DNA of 64,000 nucleotides, taken from assembly GCA_964016885.1 (NCBI GenBank), contig OZ024743.1, forward strand, positions 366,606,001 to 366,670,000, read 5' to 3'. The stretch comes from Eledone cirrhosa. Its lineage: Eukaryota. A model generated the notes under the pieces. It had not been told where the DNA came from. It was given only the letters and a program-made list of their open reading frames with translations, and ran no database searches. Both the position numbers and the translations under genes were made by a program. Shown here piece by piece: positions 1-12,692 of the stretch (position 1 is its first letter; each line of letters opens with the position of its first letter).

Positions 1-710
1 TTGATCAAACTTATATCATTCTGGGGGCAACGGTGATGATCTGTGTATTATTGTTACAAGAAAAATTATTATTAAAAAAGTAAGCATCAAAACAGTCATT
101 TGCTTCACTTTTTTCTTTTTAAATTAAATTGGTTGAAGAAAAGAAAGAGGTTTTGCCCATGACCTTTACAGTCTCTCCAAGATTAGAACTAATTTTCTTG
201 AACAAAGGGTCGAGAGGACTCTTTAGGTAACCTCCTTAATGCTGCTGATTTACATGATAAATGCCCTTAGAAAACCCTGTAAAGTGGTTTGCGATATGAA
301 GGGCATCCAGCCACAGAAAAACTGGCAAACAATGGGTTGGAAGGACTCTTGTGTCAAAGACATAATAACCCCCAAGTGCTGAGGTCATGATAAAAGGCAC
401 TTGGTAATATGCAGAATCATATGTAAGCAAGTAGTGGGCTGCTGAACCATCTGAGCATGTGGTAGGGTGCAGAAACATAAGCAAAATGCTGGCTCCTGGC
501 CCATCATGAAGTCAGTATCTTTGCTTTGAGTACCTACCTGGTCTGCTGATGACCCACTCAACCCTTGATAGGCAGCTAAATTGCCTTTAAATCAATTCCT
601 ACTATTTTAAATAAAATGCTTTGGATAATGTGATTCCTTCTTGTACTAAACCTGAAAATAAAGTCTATAATCATTCGTCTGTTTGACCAAGGCTGATCTG
701 GGGTTAAATA

Positions 711-899
711 ATAATTGTTTCTACTTTAGGCACAAGGCCAGCAATTACCCAGTGCATTACTGGTACTTTATTTTATCGACCCCGTAATGATGAAAGGCAA
801 AGTCAACCTCGGCGGGATTTGAACTCAGATCGTAAAGGGACGTAACTATGCTGGAAAGCATGGCGTCCGACCCTCTACTGATACTGCCAATCCACCGCC
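711..899 (-). mobile_element. tRNA-derived SINE, family 1 (Nin/Deu-like central domain)
   Basis: Minus strand has A-box-like TGGCAGTATCAG, B-box GAGTTCAAATCC, central GCCTTTCATC..GGGGTCGATAAAATAAAGTACC and tail CCTTGTGCCTAAAGTAGAAACAATT. At least 5 near-identical copies in the window. Confidence 0.85.
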
Positions 900-1769
900 C
901 TATAATGAGTATATAACAGTTAACTTTATGAATTTAGACTATACAAAACATTATGTATTGTAAATTTCTATGAATGTAGTACCTGGGTTATGTAAATCAG
1001 AAGTTTATAGCTAATATTTTCACACTAGATCTTTTAAGATCATTTTTTTTAACTAGTAATATTTTATTTTAATTATTCTTTAATGGAATGGACTAATCAG
1101 AGGAGGAAGGGCAATGTCCTAACCCTTTTCAGGACTACTGTGGGTAGTGAGAGGGAATTATTCTCATACCAGGGACCTGGTTCAAATGCTTGCAACAGTG
1201 TGAGCTCCACTAAAAGCACTCAAAAGTCACATGGCTTAGGTTAAGTTAATCTGTGCAATAGATGAAATAAGTCTACAACCAAAGAAACGAAAGCATCTGA
1301 TTGATTTTCAAACAGTTTCTGTTTAGCAAACTATCCAGATAAAGCTTTTCTCAGCCTGTGGCTATAGTAGAAAATATTTGTGCAGTGGGATTGAAACTGA
1401 ATCAATGTAATTACCTGTACCCATTAATATACATTCCAAAAGAGAAAATACAACAATGCTGGTGTGTAGGTAACTATCAGGGTAAGAAGAGTAATGATAG
1501 AGCATCAACTAAATATCTAACATATGTTTCAAGTTCAAATCCTACCAGAGCCTACTTTACCATTTATCCTTATAGTACCACTGAAATAAGTACCAGTTAT
1601 CTACTAGAGTTAATTCAGTCAACTATCTATCTTAGACCATTCCATTCTGTATTGTACATTAAGCTTTCCTTGTTAGTATTTCATGCAGCTTGTCTCTGAA
1701 CAAAGGAGAACTGTGAGTGATTTCCCATAATATTTCTCATGGCATACTGAAGATGAGAGAAAATAATTG

Positions 1770-1921
1770 ATCCCAGTATTAGACTGGTACTTTATTTTTT
1801 ATCATCTCTGAAAGGATGAAAGGCAAAGTTGGTCTTGGCAATATTTGAACTCAAAGTGTAGAGAGTTGAAACAAATACTTGCAAAGCATTCTATCCAACA
1901 CAGATGACTGCAATTTTGCCA
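1770..1921 (-). mobile_element. degenerate SINE family 1 copy
   Basis: CTGGTACTTTATT..GAAAGGATGAAAGGCAAAGTT..TTTGAACTCA matches 711-899 with many substitutions. Similar relics near 2860-2940, 4580-4700 and 44525-44645. Confidence 0.6.
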
Positions 1922-2227
1922 TCTTTCAATCAATTATAGTTCCAACCAATAGTCTTATGTAAGAAATTATTGGTGGTTGAAGTAGTAGCAAATCTCAAAT
2001 CCAGCATACCTACCGAGAATATCTTTTGAATACTAGCAGATATAAATGGAATATACTGAAATTAAAGTAAGTAACCTTTATGAAAGAAACAACCATAAAT
2101 ATCTACCAAATCCCTTAAGATTTCAAGAATTCAAAATCTTTGATTTACCATGTGCGATATGATATGACTTTATAGCTGTTTGGGATCCATTATATATTTA
2201 TATGTGTAAATACTTATATACAAATAT

Positions 2228-2352
<125 letters not shown>

Positions 2353-5300
2353 TACACACACGCATGACAATAAATATGGTTTGTGAATTACAGATAAGAA
2401 ATACAATATCTCTTGTTGAAATAAGCGTTTTGTCAGAACTGCCAAAATAGTGACACAAATAATACATAAATGCCAAAAAATACACAAATAATTTATTTCT
2501 CATTAATTTCCATCCATCCCCAGCACAGTTTTAACTGGACATATAACAGTAAAACAATGTACATTATTTCAATGATTTGTGTCATCCAATATCTTTTCTA
2601 AACAAACCATTGTTGCAGAGAGAATTTAAAAGAGGAAAACAGACACACTGAAAGTTTATGGTTTAAAAGATTAGTAGGAAATCTTTAAATAAATGTTAAG
2701 CAAATTTCCCAACGATTTTGATTCATAAATACGGAGTGATGAAATTATGGAGTGTTCATTGCTTTACCAAGAATATTGTAAATATATTTTCGTTTTTTTT
2801 TTCAAATTAGAATAAACATAAGAGCATCAGATATTTTACTTTGTGGAATTTATTCTGGATCTTTGCATTCTGAGTTCAAATCCTGCTATGATCAACTTTG
2901 CCTTTTATACGTCTGGGGAGAGAAAAATAAAGTACCAATCTAGGCTAGTGGACTCGTGGAATCATTAAAGCACCAGATGTGATGCCTTAAAGCATTTGTT
3001 CTTACCCTTTGCAATAATTTACTTCAGTGGTAGTCTTAATCTGGGTCGTATGTGTTTTTTTTTTTTAGTCTATTCTTTTCCATGTATTCAGACCAGGCTT
3101 TTGGTTTGAGGATACACTCATCCTTCACCAATCTGGAAGACCCCTGAATTTCCTTCCCTTAATCTAGAATAAAAACCAAGTCTTAAATTAAGTTCAAGAA
3201 ATAATCACTGCTTTACGGTACTTATAATAAAACTTTGTTAATGTAGTTTTGTTGTTTTTATGACTAGGCCTGAATGTTAGGTAAAGAAATACAATGCTGT
3301 GGTGTTCATAACTTTCTTATGTATATTGCTTAAACAATGAAATAAAACAGTGTTATACTCAATTGGGGATGACCTGGAACTAAATAACAACAACCCAACA
3401 TCTGTTGTTATTTAGCTCCTATGATCAAAGGCCTTCTAGCCATGACCATCTCATTTTTCATTCAGACATAGACACACCAGTACAGAAACAGTAAAAGATT
3501 TAACTGAAATTGTGCAAATATGTAAATAAATATACTGAGAGATGTGAACATTTAATTGTTTTATGTATTTCTCCATGGACCAAAAATGAGTAAACGATCT
3601 GTCCCCTTTCCATTCACGGAGAAAGAATGTCTACATTTTTCTGCATTTAGTTGCACAATTACACAGTTAAAACTTGTTCTGTTTCTGTATAATACAGATT
3701 GGAATCTACAGTTGCTTATATTATCATATTTGGTGGGTGTATAAATTCATTAGTTGAGTCTTTAGAATTATAGATCTGTTCATGGTCTCTGTGGATGACT
3801 ACACAGAATCAAAACTTTAGATTATTCATCAAGAAATACACAAAAAAGACACTCATTTACATATCTCAGTGTGTTTATTCACTCAATTATTCAGCTTCCA
3901 TTTACTGTTTCTGTATAGATATATATTTATAGAATATTTTAGCTTCTCAGTGTACAATTTAATATCAAATTGAAATCCAGAACGATGCCAGCCATACCTT
4001 ATGGGTGTTCACTAAAATCTTCACTTAATTCAGCTGGAAATGGAAGGAGGCATTAATGCATAATAATGCAATGGAAAAGAAATAGCTATACTGGATAAGA
4101 TGCGATTTTGAAAAGAGTTGCCAGGTGATGACTGGGGGAGATATTCATCATGACAGATCAAAATTTAGGAATATTGAGAAATAGTGATGTCAGTTCAGAG
4201 AATGTTGATCTTCACAGATGAGATGATTCAGAATTGATAGGAATTGTAATGTAAGCATGTTCAACCATGAAAACAGGAAAATATAATATATTAAAACAAT
4301 CAGGATGATTGCAGTGGTGATTGTTATAGAGAATATTCAATTTCAGAGCCAACAGATCAGTTTGTAGTTGCAGTTCACACTTGCAGACATTAATGGGCTT
4401 TCTCTGAGGTTGCATGTCATGAAGGTTTCTTAGGTGTTTTAATGTTAGGATCCTGATCCTATCACACCACCATTCTTTTCAATGACAGGAGATAGAATTT
4501 AAACTAAAGACACAAAGAGTCAGAACAACCAATGCAAAGCATCTTGTCCAATTCTCTAACAATTTTTCCACCCTCTTGGATTGGTACTGAATAAATGAAA
4601 AGCAGAGTTGACCATGACAGACATTGAAATCAGATTGCAAAGGGCCAGAACAAATGCTGCAATGCATTTAATCTGAAGCTCTAGCAATTCTGCCAATTTT
4701 CTGCCTTCAGTTGAGAAACATTAACCCATTTGTGATAATATTTCTAATGAAATACAATCTGTTTAAATTAATTAATGAAGGACTTTGAGAGATTAAATTA
4801 ACGAAGGATTTTGAGAGATTAACTAAAATCATTAATTATTTTATTTCTAAGATGGTAACTTAATATATGGTTCTTATATAATGTTATGTTGGAAGATTTT
4901 AATTTAAATAGGAACTCTTTAAATAGGTTGTTTTGTTTAGTAGAACCAGAGCTAATTTTGATAGGTTGGAAGCCAGAGGGTTAAATAGATGCTAGACCTG
5001 TATATTATTTCTAATTATTCGATTGACAATCTCTATGCTAGATCTAATCAAAGTAAAATTGATTTAACTTAATCAACAATAACAACTACTACTACATGAA
5101 CAACACTACCAAACCAGTATATAGTTTTACAGCAAGCAACTACTACCTTAACAAGAAATTTCAGTTTATTTGAGGAGTGATAGATTACATTAGCTAAACA
5201 TATACATTAAGTTGTGCCATTGAATCTTTAATTGCCAATATGACTTTAGATGCAAACAAGTTTGTTTGTAGACATTAGTGACCTGTTTCCACATTAACCT

Positions 5301-6540
5301 AGAAAATATTAAACATATCAGCCATTTAATGTTTTTAGTATATTAGGAAACTACAGATTGGAGAAGTATCATGAAAGTGACCATTTCACTAATAAAACAT
5401 TAAACAACTGTCTCACCATTAAAACACTGGCTGATTTATTGTTTTATTTATTTATTTATTTTTTTAACAAGCTTGGCTTTGGGAATTGATTTTTTTTTTT
5501 TTTTTTTTTTTTTTTTCCTCTGATCATCAAATTGTGATATTTACACATAACTGTACATTTATTTAATATATTTTATCTGTTATTTTTTTATGAAATCTCA
5601 TCAGTATAAGTGTTGTTATAAAGCAGAACTAAGTTTGTTGTTAAACTAAGTACCTGATGTGATTGATAGTGAATCTTACTATTTTGCTTTATTTACATCT
5701 ATTACATTTTAGAAAATTCGAAACATCACATCCACAAATCCATTTGCATAAAAATTGTGAATTTTTATAATTTCCTTTTTATGTCCAACTTTCCATATTG
5801 GTATGGGTTGGAAATGACTTTTTGAGGCAGTATTTTATGGCCTAATGCTCTTGCTGGTGTCAGCCCCTTTAATTACTTATGTGACACACAGGGATATAGT
5901 GTACCTACTCTAATACCAGGATTGTAAATTCAATAATGTTCATTGGCTTAGAAACGATGAACTCTACATATATACTTGTTTTTCATATGCTTCAGAAAAT
6001 CAAAATATCCAATGGTATCAAAAGAACCAATTTTTCCATATTAAAGACATCTCCCCTGATCTTATTTGCAAGGTGGAGGAAAAACAGGATTGGATTAACC
6101 ATTAAGCAAAATGAGTACATGCTTAGGATATCAAAGGAAGAGGGGGGTACCATTTTATTGAAATTATTTGTAATTGTCATCCCCCCCCCCCAAAAAAAAA
6201 TTTTTTTGCAGACTTTATATGTAGGTGGAGGAGGCACCACAATCTTAGGGCTTCAAAGGAACTTAATCCAGCACTGAGGAAAAGCAAGGAATAAACCACA
6301 CCTCATGGGATATCTGGAATGTTTGCAAATAGGATTGAATGAGGAAAAAGAAATAGAAAGATAGTCACGAGTAAGAAAAGAAAGAAAATGGGAAAAAAAA
6401 TTTTTTTTTTTTTTTTTCAGCATGAAAAACTTGTAGTTAGTAAGCTATATGTATATAATATAGATGGGGAATTACCAGTTTAGACTAGTAAGATCATTAT
6501 TCATCTTAGTACTCAATACATAAAAAAGTAGTCTACTGGT

Positions 6541-6637
6541 ATTATAATGAGTTTCTGCCTGACGACTAAGCTCTTGCCATTTAAATCCACCGTCAAAATG
6601 GCGAGAGCTCAACCATCAGGCAGAAACTCATTATAAT
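6541..6637. repeat. ~97 bp imperfect hairpin
   Basis: ATTATAATGAGTTTCTGCCTGA..GCTCTTGCCATTT pairs with AAATGGCGAGAGCTC..TCAGGCAGAAACTCATTATAAT. Confidence 0.8.
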
Positions 6638-6669
6638 GTATGTAATATATATTATATAGTTCAGACTAT

Positions 6670-7525
6670 GGAAACAGAATTTACAATCAAAAGGGCTGAG
6701 AGTAGATTTGGAAAAAACTAAAGTGTTTGTAAGCAGAAAGAAGACAGGGGCCTGATTCCTTCAGGAAAATGGCCTTGCTTGATATGCAGAAAAGGAGTAG
6801 GCAGAAACTCTATATGATAAACACAATGAAAATTTTGGATACACAAGAGATGTTGTGGGATAGCAGGCAGACTAATAAGAATGGAAGTTTTCATATGTAC
6901 TAGATGTGCAGGGGTAATTGATGGGAAGAGTATCTGTGAGGAAGGATCCATAGAATTAATTGATAGCTTCTGCTATCTAGATGGACCTAATTAGCAGTGG
7001 AGTGGGGTGCCCTGAGAACATAATAGCTAGAATAAAGATAAGAAGTTTAGGGAGCTATTCCCACTATTGACAACAAAATGTTTCTCTCTACATACAAAAG
7101 GATCGTTGTATGATTCCTGTGTGCAAAGTGCAGTGCTGCATGATAGTGAAATGTGAGCAGTGACTACAGAAAACATGCATAGGCTAGAAAGAAATGAAGC
7201 TAGCATGCTTCATTGGATGTGCAATGTTAATGTGAGATAAAGGCAGAGCTTGAATGAACTGAGGGAGAAACTGGGTTTAAGAGGAATATGAAGTGGTGTG
7301 TAAGAGAGAAGACTACATTGGTATAGACATCTGATGTGCATGGATGATGATCGCTGGAAATCCCAGTGGAAGGAAGTACAGGAAGACCTGGGTGGAGGTG
7401 GTAAGAGGTGATTTCAGATCACTGAGACTCACAGAGGGGATCACAAAAGGACGAGACGAGTGGAGAGATGCTGTGCTGAAAAGGACTCAGCCAACCCATG
7501 CAAGTGTGTAAAAATGATGATAATG

Positions 7526-7528
<3 letters not shown>
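6670..7528 (+). pseudogene. old decayed RTE LINE 3' fragment
   Basis: Translates to [50 protein letters not shown], homologous to the young RTE ORFs but with stops and frameshifts. Ends in an ATG-repeat tail. Confidence 0.85.
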
Positions 7529-7570
<42 letters not shown>

Positions 7571-7880
7571 TGGAGGCAGGTTGTGAGTTCAATTCTCAGA
7601 CCGGGTGATGTGTTGTTTCCTTGAGCAAGACACTTTATTTCACATTGCTCCAGTTTACTCAGCTGTAGAAATGAGATGATAGGGACTGGGGTCCATATCA
7701 TTCCACTGCAAAGTGGTCGTGGAGGTGCCACGGCAAAAAAGCACCCAGCACTCACTGTAAATGAGGTTGGTGTTAGGAAGGGCATCCAGCTGTAGAAATC
7801 AAGCCAGAATCAGTTCTCGTCCCACCCTTGCAAGCAGGGAAAAAGAGGACGTAAAATGAAATGATGATGATGAATGATGA
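7571..7880 (+). mobile_element. SINE family 2 (CORE-like domain, RTE-type tail), head truncated
   Basis: B box GAGTTCAATTC, central CCTTGAGCAAGACACTT, 3' part shared with the RTE 3' UTR, (ATG)n tail. Matches 22693-23052. Confidence 0.85.
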
Positions 7881-7929
7881 TATATATATATATATATCAG
7901 TTTAAAGTCTGTCTCAAGCCTGGAAATTC

Positions 7930-8160
7930 ATTAGGCTGGTACTCATCCTGGTTTCCTTGACATTAAGCAACTGAGAGTACAAAACTCACCCTATCAAGAT
8001 GCCAGTCTAGTGTAGGGTTTAACACCCAACTACTGCTAGTACTCATTTTCAGCTGAGTATACTGGAACAACATGAAATGAAGTGTTTTGCTCAAGAACAT
8101 AACACACAAACCAATCCAGGAATCAAACTCACATTATGACTAAGTCCAAAACCCAAACCA
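7930..8160 (-). mobile_element. older SINE with the same CORE-like domain and a different body
   Basis: CAGCTGAGTATACTGGAACAA..AGTGTTTTGCTCAAGAACATAACAC..GGAATCAAACTC is the reverse complement of a B box plus CORE-like region. Confidence 0.55.
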
Positions 8161-8481
8161 TACTATAAAGTATGTCCATAGAATCATTTGATAATATATA
8201 TACACCATTTCCTCTCCCAATTAGCATAATCAACTACACAAATAGCCAATTAAACCAGGCTATAAGATTAAAAGGCACCTATGAAGAAATAGTAGATAAA
8301 TAAATGACAGCAATTTATTCGCGATCAACAGCTATAGAATATTTACCCAACATTTCAATAGCATGTGGAAATCGATTAAATATACCGTCAACCATACACA
8401 ATTAGGTATAAAATTAAAGTTAGAAGAAAAAATGCATATACACATACCAGTATATGTAAATCTTTATATATATATATATAA

Positions 8482-9012
8482 AATAAAGTTAAATAAAAAG
8501 TCAAATGTTTAAAATTTAGCTTCGTTTATTGCTGCTATATATATTTCAGTGACAGCCATCTTTGGCTGTGACCTCTTCAGGCAGTCCGAATTAGTGTGGT
8601 ATAGACAAGTACATATGTTGTTGAGGTGTATAATATTGCCAATACTCTGATATGCCCAGTTCCTGGTTGGGTTGTTATTTCACTGAGGAACTGGAATCAT
8701 ATCCAGTTCCTCAGTGAAATAACAACCCAACCAGGAACTGGGCATATCAGAGTATTGACAATATTATACACCTCAACAACATATGGACTTGTTTATACCA
8801 CACTAATTCGAACTGCCTGAAGAGGTCACAGCCAAAGATGGCTGTCACTGAAATATATATAGTAGCAATAAACGAAGCTAAATTTTAAACATTTGACTTT
8901 TTAATTAACTTTATTTTACATTACTCCGGAGTAACCAAACTAACCTGCGCACTTCGTCGAGTGCTCCAGCCTGCATACTGAGGTGTTGGTATACAACCAA
9001 CATATACTCAAA
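8482..9012. mobile_element. fold-back PLE-type terminal repeat element with two hammerheads
   Basis: Inverted arms ~8482-8694 and ~8702-8915, with the right arm followed by ~100 bp up to a TA tract. The arm recurs at 38108-38325. Confidence 0.8.
8812..8866 (+). ncRNA. type I hammerhead ribozyme (mirror copy 8531-8585 on minus)
   Basis: CTGC-CTGAAGA-stem II (ACAGCCA/TGGCTGT)-GAAA-TATATA-TA|GTAG. Confidence 0.75.
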
Positions 9013-9059
9013 ATATATATATATATATAAGTATAGTTAATACAAAGCATTGTGAGATA

Positions 9060-10525
9060 TGTAGTAATGTAGTAAAAGAATGCAAATTTTTTTTTTAAGC
9101 CCAGTAAAATGCAGTAGAACAATACAAAGAGCAAATGATAACAAATGAAACAAAACAAAACAAAGTAATGTTTTACCCAGGGTATTTTAGCATGATATTT
9201 CAGGGCTATTGTAACCATTCTACCTCATGCATTTCTGACCTATTGTTTATCTCTGGTTTTATTCAGCTGATGAAACTAGCTTCCTTAATCCTCAAATTTC
9301 CCATATTCCTTTCAGTCCCCTCTAATGGAATCGAGTCTTTCCGGCCTACTGGCCATTGCGTACATGGACCAGTGGAGTGCACAGCAATCACCACCTGCTG
9401 CTCTTGCTCCTCCTTCTCCAGGTACGTGGATGACACCCTTATGCTCACTTCGTCATGGGAAGAAGTTGTCAAAATCTACATCTTTGAAAACATAGATGCA
9501 CATGTAAAATTTGAGGTTGAACACCCAGACACCACTGGATCCCTCTCTCTACTCAACTTTACATTAACAGTCAGAGGAAGGATCCACATACACCAAATTT
9601 TACAGGAAAGATGCCTGCAGAGACATTTTTGTGCACCACAACTCCACCATTCTCTACAGAGCGCAATTGGCCTATATATGGAATGAGATCTCCCAGATCC
9701 ACAACAGGTGCAGTGTGGGTAGCGACAAACATACCAGCATGGTGGAATTCTAAAGAGTTCTCACCAGAAATGGCTACCCTACTTCCCTCCCCAAACACTG
9801 AAATGTCAGGGTAGCGAGGCCATGTGTCCCTAAGTATAACATTTGCTACCTAAACCTGCCACATTTCAATGAGAAGATGATGGCTGCCATCTGTAGGAGG
9901 GACTGAATATATGGCTGACACACTCGGGATCTTCATTGAGGAGACTGCTCCACATACAGCAATATACACACACTTCCTAACTGTCCCATCAACAATGCAG
10001 AAGTGTGCATGAGAGCATATGTGGTCTCTAACATCACATGCAAAAAATATAGCTCTTCATACATCGGAACTACCATAAGGAGGCTACACATACATATCAA
10101 GGAACATGTGACATTGAGAGCCTCTTCCATTAAAAACATCTTGATAGAGGTGACTGAAAGGAATAAGGGAGATTTAAGGATTAAGGAAGCCATTTTCATC
10201 AACTGAATAAAACCAGATATAAATAATAAGTTAGAAAGGTATGAGGCAGAATAATTACCATAGTGATCCCATACATGAGCATGCATTTTAAAAACTCATA
10301 GACCAGTTGGGGAAGAAAACTCTGAACATTCTGATCACTCGTTTGGTTTGTCTTGGACTGTTTCAGCTTCACATCTGAAAAGAGAGTAACAGTCCTGAAA
10401 TCCACTAAAACACCCTAGGTTAAACATTACTTTCTTTTGTTTCATTTGTCATCATTTGACCTTCATATTTTTCTACTGTATTCTACTGGCTTTTAAAAAG
10501 AAATTTATCAGTCTTTTACTACATA
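9060..10525 (+). mobile_element. decayed Penelope-like element with inverted terminal copy
   Basis: RT remnant RYVDDTLML..HVKFEVEHPDTTGSLSLLNFTL and GIY-YIG remnant VVSNITCKKYSSSYIGTTIRRLHIHIKEH. 9060-9325 is a diverged, internally deleted reverse complement of 10145-10525. Confidence 0.85.
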
Positions 10526-10974
10526 TAGCAGTGACCTGGAACTGAGGACACACTTTATTTTTCTTTCTCTCTCTCTGAACTATCTGTCTGTCTATCTAAT
10601 CTGTTCATTTCTCAAGCAAACATCATACCAACAGAAATATTAATTTTCTGTTGCACAAGCTGACTATTTTACGTGGTACTTTTAGTTAAATCATGTGAAA
10701 CCACAGCCGGTTTAAAAGCTGATGATGTATATAAATGTTAGTGTGATCTTCTTTCATCCATTTTCTTCCTTTTCTCCTTTCTTCCTATCACTTCTGGGAG
10801 CCAACACACTTCTAGCTACTGATTTCTATCCTTTAAGGTAAATTTTACCTCACACTGTCATTGGCAGCATTTTGCTGTTTTAACAGCTCCCTTGCATCAA
10901 GTTCTCATTATTCTACAAATTCTAATAAACTCACACTTCAAACTCGATATTCGAGATAACTTTGTGTTTATACA

Positions 10975-11012
10975 TATGTGTGTGTGTGTGCACGTGTGTA
11001 TGTGTGTCTGTG

Positions 11013-11044
<32 letters not shown>

Positions 11045-11217
11045 TGTATATATATATGTATATATGTATGTATGTATATATATATATATATATATGTATA
11101 TGTATGTAAGTATGTATATATATGTATGTAAGTATGTATATATATGTATGTAAGTATGTATATATATGTATGTAAGTATGTATATATATATGTATGTAAG
11201 TATGTATGTATGTATGT
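10975..11217. repeat. (TA)n/(TATG)n compound microsatellite (one of many such tracts to the end of the window)
   Basis: Direct reading. Other large tracts include 12339-12690, 13707-14202, 21191-21955, 23053-24253, 51240-51850, 52250-52780, 53721-54406, 57421-58553 and 62775-63366. Confidence 0.97.
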
Positions 11218-11219
11218 TT

Positions 11220-11738
11220 ATTATATGTATGTTATCTCTTTCTCTTAATTTCGAGAATATTTTTTTTGACCGGCCACCTTCCTGGTGGCCGGTCAAAAAA
11301 AAATATTCTCGAAATTAAGAGAAAGAGATAACATACATAACATACAAGGTTGTAAAAGAAAAGAAATTGTCATCCCTTGAATCGCAAGAATGTTTTGCAA
11401 ATTTTGAAGGTGCCAGCTATCGCAGCCATTTGTAGACTATGAATTAGGGAGCTGTGCTTTTTGTCCGCAAATCCAAGTTCAGTCATACTTTGATCCAAGC
11501 GGGTTAGTATATAACCCGTAGCACCAATAATGATGGGTATGAAGCTAAAGGTGTATCTTGGATACTGGATTTGTAAACTCCTCATCAATGGTCCGTAGAT
11601 GTCCTCCTTCTCCTGTATTTTTCTGACAACGTTTACATCAAGTGGGCAGCTGATCTCCTCAACAGAACACGTTTTCAATGTGTGGTCCCAAACAACAATA
11701 TCAGGCCGGTTGTGCTTTAATTTGGTGGCAGTTTTTAT
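11220..11738 (-). mobile_element. 3' end of an R4/Dong-like non-LTR retrotransposon (restriction-like endonuclease)
   Basis: Open frame IKTATKLKHNRPDIVVWDHTLKTCSVEEISCPLD..KIQEKEDIY..IPIIIGATG..KTFLRFKG* (stop at 11370) has the RPD..E..K RLE motif. Truncated at a TA tract. Confidence 0.85.
11225..11337. repeat. ~54 bp-arm near-perfect hairpin downstream of the RLE stop codon
   Basis: TGTATGTTATCTCTTTCTCTTAATTTCGAGAATATTTTTTTTGACCGGCCACC-TTCCT-GGTGGCCGGTCAAAAAAAAATATTCTCGAAATTAAGAGAAAGAGATAACATACA. Confidence 0.92.
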
Positions 11739-11790
11739 TGTATGTATATATATATATGTATGTATGTATATGTATGTATGTATATATATG

Positions 11791-11821
<31 letters not shown>

Positions 11822-11857
11822 GTATGTATGTATATATATATATATGTATATATATAT

Positions 11858-12338
11858 ATTATAAAAAATAAACCAAAGAAGCCTTCAATACATCAAAAGT
11901 CTTTATTAGCCAACAATGTTTCGTCCTATTAAGGACTCATCAGGGCAAGTAAAGCTACAAGAAGCACTATCGGCCAATACAAGCCAAAAACTCAGAAGAA
12001 TATGGAGTATACATCTATTAAAGCTTAAGAAAGATATCAAGGAAAACTTTTCCTTGATATCTTTCCTAAGCTTTAATAGATGTATACTCCATATTCTTCT
12101 GAGTTTTTGGCTTGTATTGGCCGATAGTGCTTCTTGTAGCTTTACTTGCCCTGATGAGTCCTTAATAGGACGAAACATTGTTGGCTAATAAAGACTTTTG
12201 ATGTATTGAAGGCTTCTTTGGTTTATTTTTTATAATTCTTCGGCTCTGTTTAATTACATTGAGCTATATCTTATACTGTCATTTCTATAATACGAAGAGG
12301 GTGTTTAACTCCAACACACTTTAGTATTTTAATTCTTG
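11858..12338. mobile_element. 379 bp near-perfect palindrome (centre 12047) with two hammerheads and a ~100 bp right extension
   Basis: Arms 11858-12046 and 12048-12236 differ at one position that I could see. Flanked by TA tracts. Confidence 0.88.
12140..12193 (+). ncRNA. type I hammerhead ribozyme (mirror copy ~11901-11954 on minus)
   Basis: CTTTACTTGCC-CTGATGA-GTCCT(TAAT)AGGAC-GAAA-CATTG-TT|GGCTAATAAAG. Canonical core, 5-bp stem II, minimal stem III. Confidence 0.8.
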
Positions 12339-12431
<93 letters not shown>

Positions 12432-12692
12432 GTATGTATGTATATATATATATATGTATGTATGTATATTTATATATATGTATATAAAAATATATGTATG
12501 TATATAAAAATATATGTATGTATATAAACATATATGTATGTATATATATATATGTATGTATATATGTATGTATATATATATATATATGTATGTATATATG
12601 TTTGTATGTATATATGTATGTATATATATATGTATGTATGTATGTATGTATATGTATGTATATGTATCTATATATATATATATATATATATG

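Noticed and set aside
3990-4430. Possible ancient CR1/L2 3' fragment on minus
   Set aside because: Only vague similarity, with no motif I can support.
10372-10410. Hammerhead in the old PLE terminal repeat (CTGAAAA..GAAA)
   Set aside because: The core and stems are too decayed to call, although the position would fit.
11906-12188. Pair of 90 aa ORFs on opposite strands
   Set aside because: A consequence of the palindrome, with no recognisable protein motif.
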